64,000 nucleotides of DNA from Octopus sinensis (Eukaryota): assembly GCF_006345805.1 (NCBI RefSeq), contig NC_043006.1:67270001-67334000 (forward strand), read 5' to 3'. Made by a program: the position numbers and the translations under genes. Position 1 is the stretch's first letter; each line of letters opens with the position of its first letter. The notes under the pieces were generated by a model that did no database searches, had not been told where the DNA came from, and saw nothing but the letters and a program-made list of their open reading frames with translations. Shown in pieces: positions 36,749 through 50,524 of the stretch.

Positions 36749-37516
36749 CGATTAAATAATTAAATTTTGAAAAATTAAAAAAATTAGAAGAAAGGTTTTT
36801 TTAAAGGAATACTTCCATAGTAGTGTTCAGATATATGTGGCATTCTGCCTTTCTCTGACTCCCTTGTTTGCACTTGTGTATTCGAGGTCGTTGTGAGTTC
36901 TTGAGGGGGTGGGAGTGGGAAAATCTGGGCTGGTCAGTGGCGACCGGCAGTCGCTGCGTAGGCGTTATACTTAAAGACATTAGTGGGGGTAGAAGGTGGA
37001 GAAGTAGAAGAAGAAGAAGAAGATAACGGTGCCGATGATGATGACGATGAAGAAGAAGGAGAAGGAGAAGATGACGATGATGATGGTGGTGATGACGTTG
37101 ACGACGATGATGATGATAACGATGATGATGAAGAAGGAGAAGAAGAATCATCATCGTCGTCAACGTCATCACCACCATCATCATCGTCATCTTCTCCTTC
37201 TCCTTCTTCTTCTTCATCGTCATCATCATCGGCACCGTCATCTTCTTCTTCTTCTTCTACTTCTCCACCTTCTACCCCCACTAATGTCTTTAAGTATAAC
37301 GCCTACGCAGCGACTGCCGGTCGCCACTGACCAGCCCAGATTTTCCCACTCCCACCCCCTCAAGAACTCACAACGACCTCGAATACACAAGTGCAAACAA
37401 GGGAATCAGAGAAAGACAGAATGCCACATATATCTGAACACTACTATGGAAGTATTCCTTTAAAAAAACCTTTCTTCTAATTTTTCTAAATTTTTCAAAA
37501 TTTAATTATTTAATCG

Positions 37517-37560
37517 TTACAGTTGAAAAGGTCTCAAAATGACCGAAACCGGTACTGAAA
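37517..37560 (+). ncRNA. Minimal hammerhead motif, U3:A8 core
   Basis: TTACAG-TTGAAAA-GGTC(tcaaaat)GACC-GAAA-CCGG-TA-CTGAAA. Confidence 0.75.
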
Positions 37561-37634
37561 GATTCACTATAAAATCATCTTAGCATTTTCTATTTTTGAC
37601 TTGTTTTTTCATATATATATAATATATATATATA

Positions 37635-37689
<55 letters not shown>

Positions 37690-37711
37690 TATATATTATA
37701 TATATATATAT

Positions 37712-37744
<33 letters not shown>

Positions 37745-37842
37745 ACGGGAAGCTTTATGAAAATAGACAAAAGACGAAGGCAGGAGGAAAACAAACAAAC
37801 AATTGTATTAGTATGGCGCTCAGGAAATATAAATAAAACAAG

Positions 37843-37880
37843 TCTTTAACGTTTCGAGCCTACGCTCTTCAACAGAAAGA
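37843..37880 (-). ncRNA. Minimal hammerhead motif (A6U variant) in PLE-type tail 37745-37930
   Basis: TCTTT-CTGTTGA-A-GAGC(gtag)GCTC-GAAA-CG-TT-AAAGA. Confidence 0.68.
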
Positions 37881-38012
37881 TACACAGAGAGAAAAAAACA
37901 CAGAAAGAAGGAGAGAAAAAAATGCGTGCAGTAACTAACGAATCAACATGGCGATCTGTGACCAGCGATGTGTAACTACATCTGATGGTCTGGTCGGCCA
38001 CGTGATCACGTG

Positions 38013-38044
<32 letters not shown>

Positions 38045-38570
38045 AGATAAAGCAACAAATAAATATATGCCTATCTAAATTGAATAATTTTAAAGAGATG
38101 TAACGGCGCTGAAACAGAAAGTGAATGTAAACAGAATGTAAACATAGAATAGGTCCTTACATTGAATTACGGGAAAATAAACAAATGAAAAGGGGTACTT
38201 ATCTTATAAGAGGCAGAAGTCCCAAAGTCTTCTCTCTGTACGAAGAGGTTTTCTTTCAAAAAGAAAAAGAAAAACGGTTCTTTTTGCTTGTTGAAGTTGA
38301 TTGGGAATAAACTTAAGAGATGTCACCACGTGCTTTTTCGACGGGAAATCTGGCGTGCGTAATTAACTTTAGTGTATTATATTTGGCTTGAAGCGAAATA
38401 TATTACGGTTTTTAACTAACATATCCTAGTAGACCGTTATGAGATAGCAAGTTTTACGTTTTTTATCCATTTTCGCCGATTATTTCGTCGATTTATGCAA
38501 ACCATTTTGTTTTTTTATCACAGAGCAAAGCAACACATCTTTACCCTACGAAAACCGGAAGTAATATAAA

Positions 38571-39700
38571 ATTGGGAGAATGGCTTCATGACTTTCTGAA
38601 GGATAGAAGTCAGGTGGTAGTAGCCAATGGGGTCACTTCCATTAACACGCAAATAGTGAGTGGTGTTCCGCAAGGCACTGTTCTGGGACCACTACTGTTC
38701 ATACTGGCCCTTTCAGACATGCCCTCAGCCACGCAGAGAGCCACGATCACAACTTATGTAGATGATACAAAAGTTTCACAGGCAATACAGAACCCTGAAG
38801 ACACTAAGCACCTGCAATGTGAGCTGGACAAAATATACAAGTGGGCTGAAAAGAATAGCATGCAGTTCAATGCTGAAAAGTTTCAAGCTTTATACTATCA
38901 GCACGCAAAACTAAAGGCAATACCCAATAAATACACTTGACCTGAAGGGATTGCAATCTCAGAAGCACAATCAGTGTGAGACCTGGGTATTTACATGAGT
39001 GATGATGCAACCTTTCATGTGCATGTTGCTAAATTGGCAATGAAATGTTGGCGGCTGACCGGATGGATTCTTAGAACCTTTAGAACAAGAGACCAGGAAA
39101 CCATGATGGTCCTCTGGAGGACACTTGTCCTACGCCACTTTGACTATTGCTCTCAGCTATGGTCACCGTCCAGTATCAAGTTAATCACCGAACTTGAGGC
39201 GATCCAACGAAGCTACACGAAGAAGATAGCCTCTGTGCAGCATATAAGCTATTGGGAAAGACTCAAGAGATTGAGACTCTATTCCTTAGAGCGTAGGCGA
39301 GAAAGATATGCCATAATATACATCGAGAGTTACACTAATGCCAGAACTGGGCTCCATTGCGTAGTACCAAGGACTCCAAATTTGCCATCAAGATGTAGGA
39401 CAAGATACTGTGATATCCTGGGCTTCCGAGGCCCACAGCTCTTCAATATCCTCCCGAAGAACCTAAGAGACCTGCGTGGGGTGGATGCAGATGTCTTTAA
39501 AATGAAACTGAATCTCTTCTTGTCAGGTGTCCCAGATGAACCAACTTCACGGCAGGAGGTGCATCGAACTCTCTCATGCACCAGACGGCAATTGCTAAAG
39601 GGCATTCGTGAAGTAAAATCATGTAGCAACACCAAATGGCGGTGCCCCAGCATGGCCACGGCTTGTGAGCTGAAACTAATTAAAATAAAATAAAATAAAA
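38571..39700 (+). mobile_element. Second, shorter copy of the CR1/L2-like LINE
   Basis: Colinear with 13229-14375 (SGVPQGTVLGPLLF, YVDD); in-frame stops and deletions; (TAAAA)n tail. Confidence 0.92.
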
Positions 39701-39724
39701 TATAAATAAATATATATGCATATA

Positions 39725-39890
39725 TACGACGGCCTTATTTCAGTTTCTGTCTACGAAATCCACTGACAAGGTTTTGGTCGGCCTAAGGCTATAGAAGCAG
39801 ACACTTGCCCAAGGTTCCACGCAGTGGCAGTGAAGCCGGAACCATGTGGTTCGTAAGCAAGCTACTTATTACACAACCACTCCTGCGCCT
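39725..39890 (-). mobile_element. CORE-like tRNA-SINE
   Basis: Minus strand contains gaaccttgggcaagtgtct, resembling the CORE block GACCTTGGGCAAGT. Confidence 0.8.
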
Positions 39891-39990
39891 ATGCATATAT
39901 ATATATATATACATTATGCATATATATATATATATATATATAGTTAATCCAAACATGAAAACACAAAGAGAAAACACAATGATATATATT

Positions 39991-40021
<31 letters not shown>

Positions 40022-40024
40022 AAA

Positions 40025-40805
40025 TCTCTCTATATATAAACGGCAGTTTGTCTGTCTGTGTGTCTGTGTGTCTGTCAGGTTGTACCCTCACCCTGACCAC
40101 GGCTTTCAACCGATTCTGATGAAACTTGACACACACATAGCCCAATGTCATAATTCAAAACTAACGCAAGTTCTGAAAAAAATCGATAAATTCGACATGG
40201 GGTCGAGAATCTAAACTTTTTATATGCAACACATTTTCTGTTGTAGTTTTCGCAACTTACAATCGATTTTCACCAAACTCATGGTGAGGCTTAATGTTAC
40301 CCTAAGAAACTTAATCCTGACGTTAGTTTTCCATGCAAAACCTCACCATCAGAAAAAATCGATAAAATCATGCCACTTTGGGAAATCACGTTCAAATTCA
40401 AGATGACATATTTTCGACAATATCTTTCACAAATTGGCAGGAATTTTTTTTTTTAATTCACAGTGAGCATCATGTCTGCTCCAAGGAGCTATATGGCCCT
40501 TTTTATTCCAATAAGATACTTTATTACTGGAAAAAATCGGTTAATTAAATCATATGTGGCACACGTAGCAAACCGATTTGTGTATTAAACACAAACCACA
40601 GACTGTCTAGGGGGCGCAACTCGACCTTTTTATCGACCAAAGGGGCAGCTAGGAACATCGTATACACAGAAGTATTCGAGTGAAGAGAAGACATTGCCGC
40701 CTACACATCCGCATCCGTTCCCTAGAGGGAATGGACTAGATTGGGATTAGTCGTTGCCTACTAGGGGCTCTTACATACCCGGGCAACGCCGGGCTATGCT
40801 GCTAG
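40025..40805 (+). mobile_element. Non-autonomous Helitron
   Basis: A|TCtctctatatataaa 5' end; subterminal hairpin cccgg-gcaacg-ccggg (40778-40793); CTAG|T 3' end; no TSD. Confidence 0.85.
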
Positions 40806-40832
40806 TATACATATATATATATATAGAGAGAG

Positions 40833-40964
<132 letters not shown>

Positions 40965-41618
40965 TCATATATATACATTATGCATTTCTTTGTTAGAAAT
41001 ATAATTTCCTACATATACATATGCAAAGTTCGCTGATAACGTGTGACCCTTATTAGAGGGGTATGTTTGTATGTGTGTATATATGTATATATGGATGTAT
41101 TAATATATGCATTCATGTATGTATGCATGTATGTATGTATATATGTAAGTATGTATATTTGTATATATGTATGCATGCATGTATGTATGTATAAATGCTT
41201 CTATGTATGCATGCATGTATGTAAACATGCATGTATTTATGCATTATGTATGTCTGCATGTATGTACTCATGTATGTATGCATGTATGTATACATGCATG
41301 TGTGTGTGTATGTATGCCTATGTATATGGGCGTGTATGTGTGTGTATGCGTGTATGTATGTAGGTTGGGGTGTATATGTGAGCATATGTATGTCTATATG
41401 CATGTATATGGCGTACCTGTACGTACGTGGCTTGAGGGAGATTGAACTCATTAACTGGCTTATCACATCAGTGGTTATACAGCCTTGACTTTCTTCTCAA
41501 CTAACTCGTACACACACGCATATACACAAACACGTTCATGCACGCATTTATACGAACGCGTATACCCAGCCGCCCTACCTCCCCCCACGTGCACACACAC
41601 ACGCACACACATATATGT

Positions 41619-41654
<36 letters not shown>

Positions 41655-41680
41655 CTGTGCATATGTATCTATATGTATAT

Positions 41681-41719
<39 letters not shown>

Positions 41720-41756
41720 ACTGTGCATATGTATCTATATGCATATATACATACAT

Positions 41757-41787
<31 letters not shown>

Positions 41788-41827
41788 CATATATATGTAC
41801 AAATATATGTATGTATATATATCTATA

Positions 41828-41867
<40 letters not shown>

Positions 41868-41895
41868 GATAGAAAGATAGCTAGATAGATAGATT

Positions 41896-41989
<94 letters not shown>

Positions 41990-43383
41990 GATGTTTGTGT
42001 GAGTATGCAAAATTTCACTGTAATATATATCCATTAGCACGCATACTCAGGAACACATACGCATGCATATGTGAGTGAGCATATGTTTATACATATGTGT
42101 GTGTGTGTGAATGTGATTTGATACCGATAGTTGATGAGTTGGCGCTTGTTTATTTTTATACCTCGATAAAGATGAAAGGTGTTGCCTCCGGTGAGAGAAT
42201 TGTGTGTCGAATTTGCAATAGTGTTGTTGTTACTGCAGTTGTTGTTGTTGTTAGTATGGTATTAGAAGTAATTGCAGTGGAAGCGGCGGCGGCATCGGCG
42301 GTAGCGGTGGCGGTCATGGTGGGGTTGTTTTTGTTGTTGTTGGTGGTGGTGGTGGTAGAGTTTCTGATGTTGACCTGTGCAAGTATTTGCTGTTCCAGTA
42401 TTTGTAGTGTTTTCATTGTTTTTGGAGTGGTGATGGTGGCCATGGTTGTCATGGTGGTGGCTGTTGGTGAATGGTGCCGGTCGTTGTAATGGTGGTGACG
42501 ATGGTGAGTTAATATTTAATGTGATATTGATGGCTTTTGGTGTTGTTGGTTTTGGTGGTGGCGATGATGGCGTCAACAGCGGTGGCGGCGGCGGCGGCGG
42601 CGGTGGTGGAGGCGGCGGCGATGGTGGTGGCCATCGCTACAATGGTTGTAGCGGTGAAGTGACCGGTAGTACCGATTCTACGGGCGACGGACATATCTGT
42701 TGTTGTCGTTGTGGCGAGGAAGATATTTATATCTGTTCCCCTTAGTTTCCTGAATATTAATTAAATATGACTGAGGTTTAATAGTGCGCCAAAAGGTGCG
42801 GTTTTATTCTACCCTCAACCCTCTTTTCTTTATATATTAACAGTGTACTTGCCAGCAACACCCATTCCACAGTAATTGATTCCACCGTCCGTTGGCTCTG
42901 ACTCACTTTCACATAAATACATGCAACCTATGTTCACCCCAGGTTCAACCTAGATTGCGTGTACACATGCAACCTATGTTTATCCGAAAAACTCTACATT
43001 GATTTAATAAAGAGACCTGTAGGAAGCGTCCTCCAATGCAGTTATTCCCATAGGGCTTCCAAACACAAAGTTATTCCCATAGGGCTTCCTAAACACAAAG
43101 CTAAGTTTTCATGGTTGTCATAAATACGGAGCATGGCTATCTCTGAGGATTTCTTGGGAACGCATATCATTAACCGATCAAAAATTGAATCATACCAGAA
43201 AACTACTTTGTTTCCTAACAACTACTAACTCTCTAGAAAGATCAAATGAGGACCTCAATAGCGCACTTGCCCACATCTGGGGAAGGGCTGTTGTACACAC
43301 AGATAGCTATACGCACAGATTGCTATACATACGGATAGTTATAAACAGGAAAAGCTATACATGCACATGTTTCTGATCGAGTG

Positions 43384-43600
43384 TAGGCGCGTGGCTTCGT
43401 GATTAGGATGTTGGATTTATGATCGCAAGATTGTGGTTTCGACTCCTGGACTGGGTGGTCCGTTGTGTTCCAACTGGTAAAAATGAATAACCCTGCGACG
43501 GGCCAGTGTCTAATCGAGGTTGTATGAGTCGGGGAATATATACTGCATGGAAATCGGAAAACCTTCCCTATGAGTTTATATTACTCGGAAAGTATCGTTA
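43384..43600 (+). mobile_element. Degenerate tRNA-derived SINE
   Basis: ggcgcgtggcttcgtgattagg..ggtttcgactcctggac head; homolog at 49196-49440. Confidence 0.7.
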
Positions 43601-45164
43601 TCCTATTCTAGATCGCCGTGAAGTCATTCGCAAACACAGACCAATATCTGACCCATTGATAAGCTGTGTCCTCTCCCTACCTTTTCTAGCATAACTACAT
43701 AGGTTCCTACCCCTTGGATCGAGCTGATCATTTACACCCTCTTCATGGGGACACATGCCCCCAGAGTTAACTTTCTTTCTAATTAAACTCTTCAATCTCT
43801 CGTTTTATCTCTTCCTTTTCCTCTCTTTCGCTTTCTCTCTCTCTCTTCCTTAATTACCACCAGAACTGCTATCATAAAACCACCTCTTCGTGGGGACACC
43901 TTTACTCGGTTGTCTCCCCTTCTCTTATCAGTCGTCTTGGGTCCATCACCAGACACCACACTATCACAGAGAACCCTGCTTCCATAATTCCGTCCCAAGA
44001 CTTGCTTTAATAGCAGTCACCAACTAACAAGCATTCAACAAGAATGTTAATACCATTAGTCTCTCTTGCTTCAAAGATTCCAGCAAAGGCCGTGGTTGCT
44101 GCAGCTCCTTTCTCCACATCAAATAAATAACAAAAGTGTACATTCTACGTGGTTTCAACCTCCATGCAGCTTCAAGTGATAAACTCTGTCACCATGCTCT
44201 CTCTAAAAACTGAAACAATATGAACTCGGCAAAAGAACGATCACATCGTTTGTCATATGTCCCAGAATGCCTGCAGCTGCAGCGATAAGCATCTTTCTAA
44301 TGCATGTTGACATTGTTGTTGTTGTTGTTGATAAGGATGAGGATGCTGATGGAGGTGGTGGTGGTGGTGGTGGTTGTCGTCGTCGTCTTCGTCGTCGCGA
44401 AGCGGTGGTTGTCGTCGACGTTTTCATCGATGTCGTCCTACACCTATCGAACTCGGTTTCCATGGTTGCTCTAATTATTATCGTTCCTCCTCTTCTTCTT
44501 CTTCTTCTTCTTCTTCTTCTTCTTCTTCTTCTTCTTCTTCTTCTTCTTCTTCTTCTTCTTCTTCTTCATCATCATAATCATTACCATCATCATTACCATC
44601 ATCATCATTATCTTCTTCATCATCATCATTACCACTGTCACCTCCATCCCCATCACCAACACCAAAACCAACACCACCACCACCAGCATTATCATTACTA
44701 TCATTGACGTCGTAATCATCATCGCCATCACCACAACATCATCATCATTATCGTCATCACCATCATCACCACAACCATCATCATCATTAGCATCATCATC
44801 ACCATCATCATCATCATCATCATCGTTAGCGCGTGAATCTGTTGCTCCGTGATTCGGTTCCTGTTCAGAGTTACTCTCATTTTAGAAAGATTAACAGAAA
44901 AACGTGTCGCTCGTATGTTCATTGCTTTTAGTTCTTACCAACATCGACTACGTCCCCACAATATTAAAAAAAATCGTCTCTGGCCTCCATTGTATTTCGT
45001 TTGTTTCCCATCTTTTTGAAAACCCTCTCATGGTCACTATTTTCATTTACTTCTATTATTGGTTCAGCGCCGGTCAAAAGTATTTTGTGCTATTTAGTTA
45101 CGTCCCTTTGTGTTTTGAGTTGAAATCCAGCTGAGGATTACCTTGCCTTCTATCAGTCAAGTAC

Positions 45165-45725
45165 TTTCTTTTCTAATCAGGGCACAAGACCCGATCTTTT
45201 GGGGGAAGGGGCCAGTCGATGCGATCGACCCCAGTACGCAACTGGCACCTAATTTACCGACCCCGAAAGGATCAAAAGAAAAGCCAACCTCGATGGAATT
45301 AAATAAGTTTAAGACTGATGATGACTTCTTTTCTAGTCTAGGCACAAGGCCCGAAATTTGTGGGGAGGGTGCCAGTCGATTAGACCGACTCCATTATGCA
45401 ACTGGTACTTAATTTATCGACCCCGAAAGGATGAAAGGCAAAGTCGACCTCGGCGGAATTTGAACTCAGAACGTAAAGACAGAATAGATACTTATTTCTT
45501 TACTACCCACAAGGGGCTAAACACAGAGAAGACAAACAAGGAAAGACAAAGGAATTAAGTCCATTATATCGACCCTAGTGCGTAACTGGTACTTATTTAT
45601 CGACCCCGAAATGATGAAAAGCAAAGTCGACCTCGGCGGAATTTGAACTCAGAACGTAAAGACAGAAGAAATACCGCTAAGCATTTCATCCGGCGTGCTA
45701 ACGTGTCTTCCACCTCGCCGCCTTA
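45165..45725 (-). mobile_element. Tandem cluster of three SINE copies
   Basis: Repeated cgaccccgaaa.gatgaaa.gcaaagtcgacctcggcggaatttgaactcagaacgtaaagac. Confidence 0.88.
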
Positions 45726-46126
45726 TCACTCAAGTACATTGAATAATGAATATCCGCCCTAGCAGAATATATCTAGTGGGGAAAAAATGGATTTCTTGAA
45801 GGTCGAACATCTTTGTTTACAGGACAACTCAATCAAAGCTAAATAACAACAGAAAGAGCAACATCATAGTCATCATTATCATCGTCAATAACAACAACGA
45901 CCGAAAATATCTGAGATCGAAGACAGAATGATAGACGTAAAAGTAAACAATCCATTTAGTCTGAAGTATGTTACATAATTTTGCTCGTAAACTCATTTAC
46001 AAACTCATTTACCGACTGAACGCTTTATTAAAGATGGTGATTGATGTATCTTGTTTCGCTGGAATATGTCATAATATATGTGGAAGTCATACCGAGCTGT
46101 TTCCTTTGCTTACTGAAATATCTACT

Positions 46127-46510
46127 TTATTATCTCCGCTTTAACGAAGGTGGAGGTGTTGTTTCCAGTTGCGTTTGTTTGTTTATTTGTTTGTTTGTCC
46201 GTGGACAAGATATCTCAAGAACCGTTGGATGAATTCGGATGAAACTTTCAGGTATATTTGGCCTCTTGATTGGCACGAACCGATTAGATTTTGGTATCTA
46301 TTCGGTACCGAACAAGGATTCTGGATTATTTTTCCTGTTTTTGTTACTTAAGTTTTGAGAGCGGTTGGGTTCATTTTTAGTATTCTCGTTTATGAGAGTA
46401 ATCGAGTTTATTTCAGGTATTCTCATTTTAAAAAATCTTCTCTGGCTAATCGGTGAGAGGACGTTGGTGTTGCTTTGGCGGAGGTTTGCGCTCTCTGAGT
46501 GCTCTTGTTA
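46127..46510 (+). mobile_element. Helentron-associated / DINE-1-like element
   Basis: 5' ttattatctccgc with internal inverted repeat ggtggag, (GTTT)n microsatellite, 3' sub-TIR ggcggaggt (46477-46485) and stem-loop gcgctc-tct-gagtgc, in T-rich flanks. Confidence 0.7.
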
Positions 46511-47324
46511 TTTTAAAGTTTCACTCAGACTTTTTATTCTCTCTGCTTTAAATATCACATTTGCGGCTTATAAGTTGCACTCTCGTATAAGATGCACCCC
46601 TTTTTTTTTGTAAGTGTATTTTATGGTAGAGGTGCAAATTCAGTATGTGTCATCGTACGCTTTTGACAGTTATTTTAATTAAGTATGGCGTCATGCATTT
46701 ATCATAAATAAACAACGTTACAGGTATACCCTAATTCACAATTATCTTCTTTCAGTTCAAGTGTATGGTTGCTTATATTTTGTGCAAGAGAATCACATTC
46801 ACAAGATGGCAGTTCCTATTTCTGGCTGTGACACTTTACATAACCACTACTGACCATTATTTTTGTCGTTAACGCTATCATTTTGTTCTTGTACACTCGT
46901 TGCAAATTGCTGATAGGCAGAGGAAAATTTAATCGCTCTCCTGATCTTTCAAGAAAAAATTCATATAAATGTTTCTTAAAGGTAAGGAAGTCATTAAATA
47001 ATGTAAGACACACGTCTGGTGTTAGTTACGTAAGTTGCAACATGATGAGATGATGTGACTACCTTGCGCGCCTCACATATCGACTGACGTATCGTATGCA
47101 ATATTTTGTAATTTCATCTTAAGAAACTGTGGGAATTTTGCTTGTTTCTTAATATTTCATTATTAGTAACTATTATTGCACAGAGTGGGTTTATACTCAT
47201 CCGGCTTCGTAGTCCGTAACGCTCGGCTCTCAGTCATAATATGGTTGCATTAGACACAGGCCTGAATTGTGATACATATAAAAATAGAAAAAAACTTCTT
47301 ATGCGACGGTAAATAAAGAGTAAA

Positions 47325-47830
47325 ACACCCTTTGGTCATGAATGACCACGGGATTGCACCTAGAAAGTAACCCGCCGAGGCACAAATCCAGACAAAGTTG
47401 TTTATGGAAGATCAGCAGCCATCCATGCATACCAGCCTCCACTCTCGACGACACCAGTGACGTCGCAACTCATTTCTACAGCTGAGTGAAATGAAGCAAC
47501 ATGAAATAAAGTGTCTTGCTCAAGAACATAATACAGAGCTCGGTCCGGTAATCGAACTGACTATTTCATGATTGCGAACCCGACGCTCTAACCACTGAAC
47601 TAATGCGCCTTCATGCGCCAGTAAATATATGTTAATATTAATTTCAAATTTTGGCACAAGGCCAGCAATTTCGGGGTAGGAGGTAAGTCAGCTGTATTGA
47701 CTTCTGTGTTTCACTTGTAGTTATTCCATCGATACCGAAATCTTACAAGACAAAATCGACCTCGGCGAAATCTGAACTCAGAACGTAAAATCGGATGAAA
47801 TGCCGTGAAGCATTTTGTCCGGCGTACTAA
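47325..47830 (-). mobile_element. Two degenerate SINEs
   Basis: aaagtgtcttgctcaag..ctctaaccactgaac (to ~47615), then gacctcggcgaaatctgaactcagaacg. Confidence 0.7.
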
Positions 47831-48476
47831 CGGTTCTACCAGCTTGCCCCCTTACTCAATATGTTGATATTGCCATAAACTATTGACAGAAAATCTCACG
47901 GCAGTTTGCTAGGTCGCAATGTGCCTGATTGTTATGAGAATGAAAATGTGACGTTTTGGGTGGATAGCTTTTGTCAAAGTGTACTAGCCATTAGTTTAGC
48001 ACCCTCAAGACAACCCACTTTATTCATACTGAAGACGCCTGGGTTTATTATAACCAGCCACTCCTCAATTTTCCAGTATCCCCAGTTTGTCCCTTAGTTA
48101 TTGATATATATAAAATATTAATTATCAATACTTAAATATTACGACTGAAAGTATGCGCAAATATTAATCTGCATGGCGCTGTTGAAACTCAACTAAGTTC
48201 ACGAGCAATCGATAGATAGGAGTTTATATTCTCTGTTGGGATTACAACATTGCTTTTTAGAGCAGCAAAATCAATTTCTGATCTATGGCTAGTTATGCAA
48301 TTTTGAGACTGTGTTAATAACCAAATATAATGTATGAACGTCACAGCATTGCTTCATAGTTGTATCCCATTGGTATAGTTTATGATAAGTTATGTAAAAT
48401 TAAATGTGAAAATGAATTTAAGAACGACTGTAGAAGAGAAAATGTGTGCGTGTATGTAAACACACACACACACACT

Positions 48477-48556
<80 letters not shown>

Positions 48557-48608
48557 TACACACATAAATATATATAATGTCAAAAAGTAGAGAAAACAGG
48601 TATGGCAT

Positions 48609-48820
48609 TTAGTATTCAATGCTTTGTAGAACATATTCATGTTTCGAAAACCTACTATCATGATTACATAATTGCTATTGAAATGTAACATAATCTTGTA
48701 AAATACCTCTTCAGTGTTCAGCAAAAAGTGCTTGCTGAACACTGAAGAGGTATTTCACAAGATTATATATTTCAAAACCAATTGTGTAATCATGCATGTT
48801 TTATAAAGCGTGGAATAGTA
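48609..48820. repeat. Imperfect palindrome containing a hammerhead-like motif with long helix II (48629-48719, minus)
   Basis: Core arms taatcttgtaaaatacctcttcagtgttcagcaa / ttgctgaacactgaagaggtatttcacaagatta; minus strand reads GAACA-CTGAAGA-(~62 nt)-GAAA-CATGaa-TA-TGTTC. Confidence 0.55.
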
Positions 48821-49195
48821 TATGTATTTGATGTATCTTATTGATACTATTACGCAGCACATTGCTCGCACACTAGCTTATCCCGCGGTTTGATGCCTCG
48901 TGTCGGACCACACTGGATAAACGAGTGGAACTTGAGATCCTGTACTGAGTGCGACATTGCTTACGCGTCACGCTTCATAGATAGATACATACATGTATGT
49001 ATATACGCATGTAAGCATATGTATGTATATATAGATACACACATCATGCACACACACACATACATACATACATACATACATACATACATACATACATACA
49101 TACATACATACATACATACATACATACATTCATACCTACCTACATACATACATACATACACACACACATATATATGTTTGTGTGTGTGTGTGTCG

Positions 49196-49440
49196 AGGCG
49201 CGTGGCTTAGTGGTTAAGGTGTCAGCATCATGATCGTAAGATTTTGGTTTCAATTCCTGGACCGGACGACGCTTTGTGTTCTTGAGCAAAATACTTCGTT
49301 TCACGTTGCTCCAGTCCACTCAGCTAGCAAAAATGAGTAACGCTGCGATGGACTAGCGTCCCATGCAGCTGGAGAACGCATACGCCATAGAAACCGGGAA
49401 ACCTGGCCCATAAAGCTAGCTGGTTAGGCTTTAAAAGGGC
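49196..49440 (+). mobile_element. tRNA-derived SINE
   Basis: ggcgcgtggcttagtggttaaggtg..ggtttcaattcctggacc..gtgttcttgagcaaaatactt. Confidence 0.85.
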
Positions 49441-49557
49441 GCATATAATATTTATTATATATATAATTTTTATATATATATATATCGTATACTGTTCCTC
49501 TGTTCCGGTAGGGTAAGATCAACAAATTACAAATTTGTACATTAAATTTACATTTAT

Positions 49558-49667
49558 GATGTACCTTGGGATGTTATATGCGGAGCTATCAATTCATTTC
49601 AGCAGACTAAATATTTAGTCTGCTGAATTGAATTCATAGGTCCGCATATAACATCTCAAGGTACATC
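49558..49667. repeat. 110-bp hairpin-forming palindrome
   Basis: 54-bp arms with four differences, centred on ctaaatatttag. Confidence 0.85.
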
Positions 49668-50109
49668 TTTTTTTTTTCTCTGATGAAATTATCATCATGT
49701 CATATAAATATATATATATATGTGAAAATCTACATTTTCAAAATTATGCGCGCATATATATGCACATATTAGTATGCATGCTTCTGTGAGTGTGTGTTAG
49801 AGGAGAAAGTGTGTGTAACAGAGACAGCGAGAGAGAATGAGGCAGAACAGGAGAGGGAGAGAGTGTGTGTCTGTCAAAACAAGAGAGGAAATGCCGTTGA
49901 GGGAGAGGGTTAAAGAGATAAATAGGGATTTGAATAGAGAGTATTGAATGAATTCGCGAGAAACAGAAGGGATTAGGGAACTTGCGAGAACTGACGGCTT
50001 AACGTATGGAAGGTCTGAAGTTAAGAATGGTATATACGTAAGAGTCGAAAGGAATGAGTACAGAGGATGAAGGAAATGAGACGGAGAGATGTAGGGAAGG
50101 AACGATATC

Positions 50110-50168
<59 letters not shown>

Positions 50169-50193
50169 GGATGGATGGATGGATGGATGGATG

Positions 50194-50262
<69 letters not shown>

Positions 50263-50524
50263 AATGAAAGAAAAGTAGTGGGTCGCTGAAGGTCTAACAA
50301 AGAGGGAGTGAAAAACAGAGGGATAAAGAAAAACAAGGAAAAATTATTTTGAAGTGAAAAGAAATGGAAATCCATAATAGAGATAGTGACATATAGCAAA
50401 AGCAAGTTAGAAAGGATGATAGAAACAGCGATTAATCAAGATAGTAAAAGAGAATGGAAGAGACATGGAAAGAAATGCTAAGAGATATAAGACAAAGGGA
50501 CAGTATGACAGAAATATTATTTTC

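Larger units (their letters stand above)
36647..37618. repeat. ~970-bp near-perfect palindrome of a PLE-type terminus
   Basis: Arms 36647-37114 and 37147-37618 with a 32-nt spacer and only a few differences by eye; each arm ends in (TA)n. Confidence 0.95.

Noticed and set aside
36801-37463. Acidic/Ser-rich ORFs on both strands
   Set aside because: Mirror products of the palindrome and its trinucleotide core.
38320-38570. Promoter-like patch (CACGTG E-box, ACCGGAAGT ETS motif)
   Set aside because: Short motifs expected by chance, directly abutting a LINE truncation point, with no associated gene.
46560-46600. Possible pogo/Tc2-like transposon end (tataagttgcac..tataagatgcacccc)
   Set aside because: No matching second terminus found.
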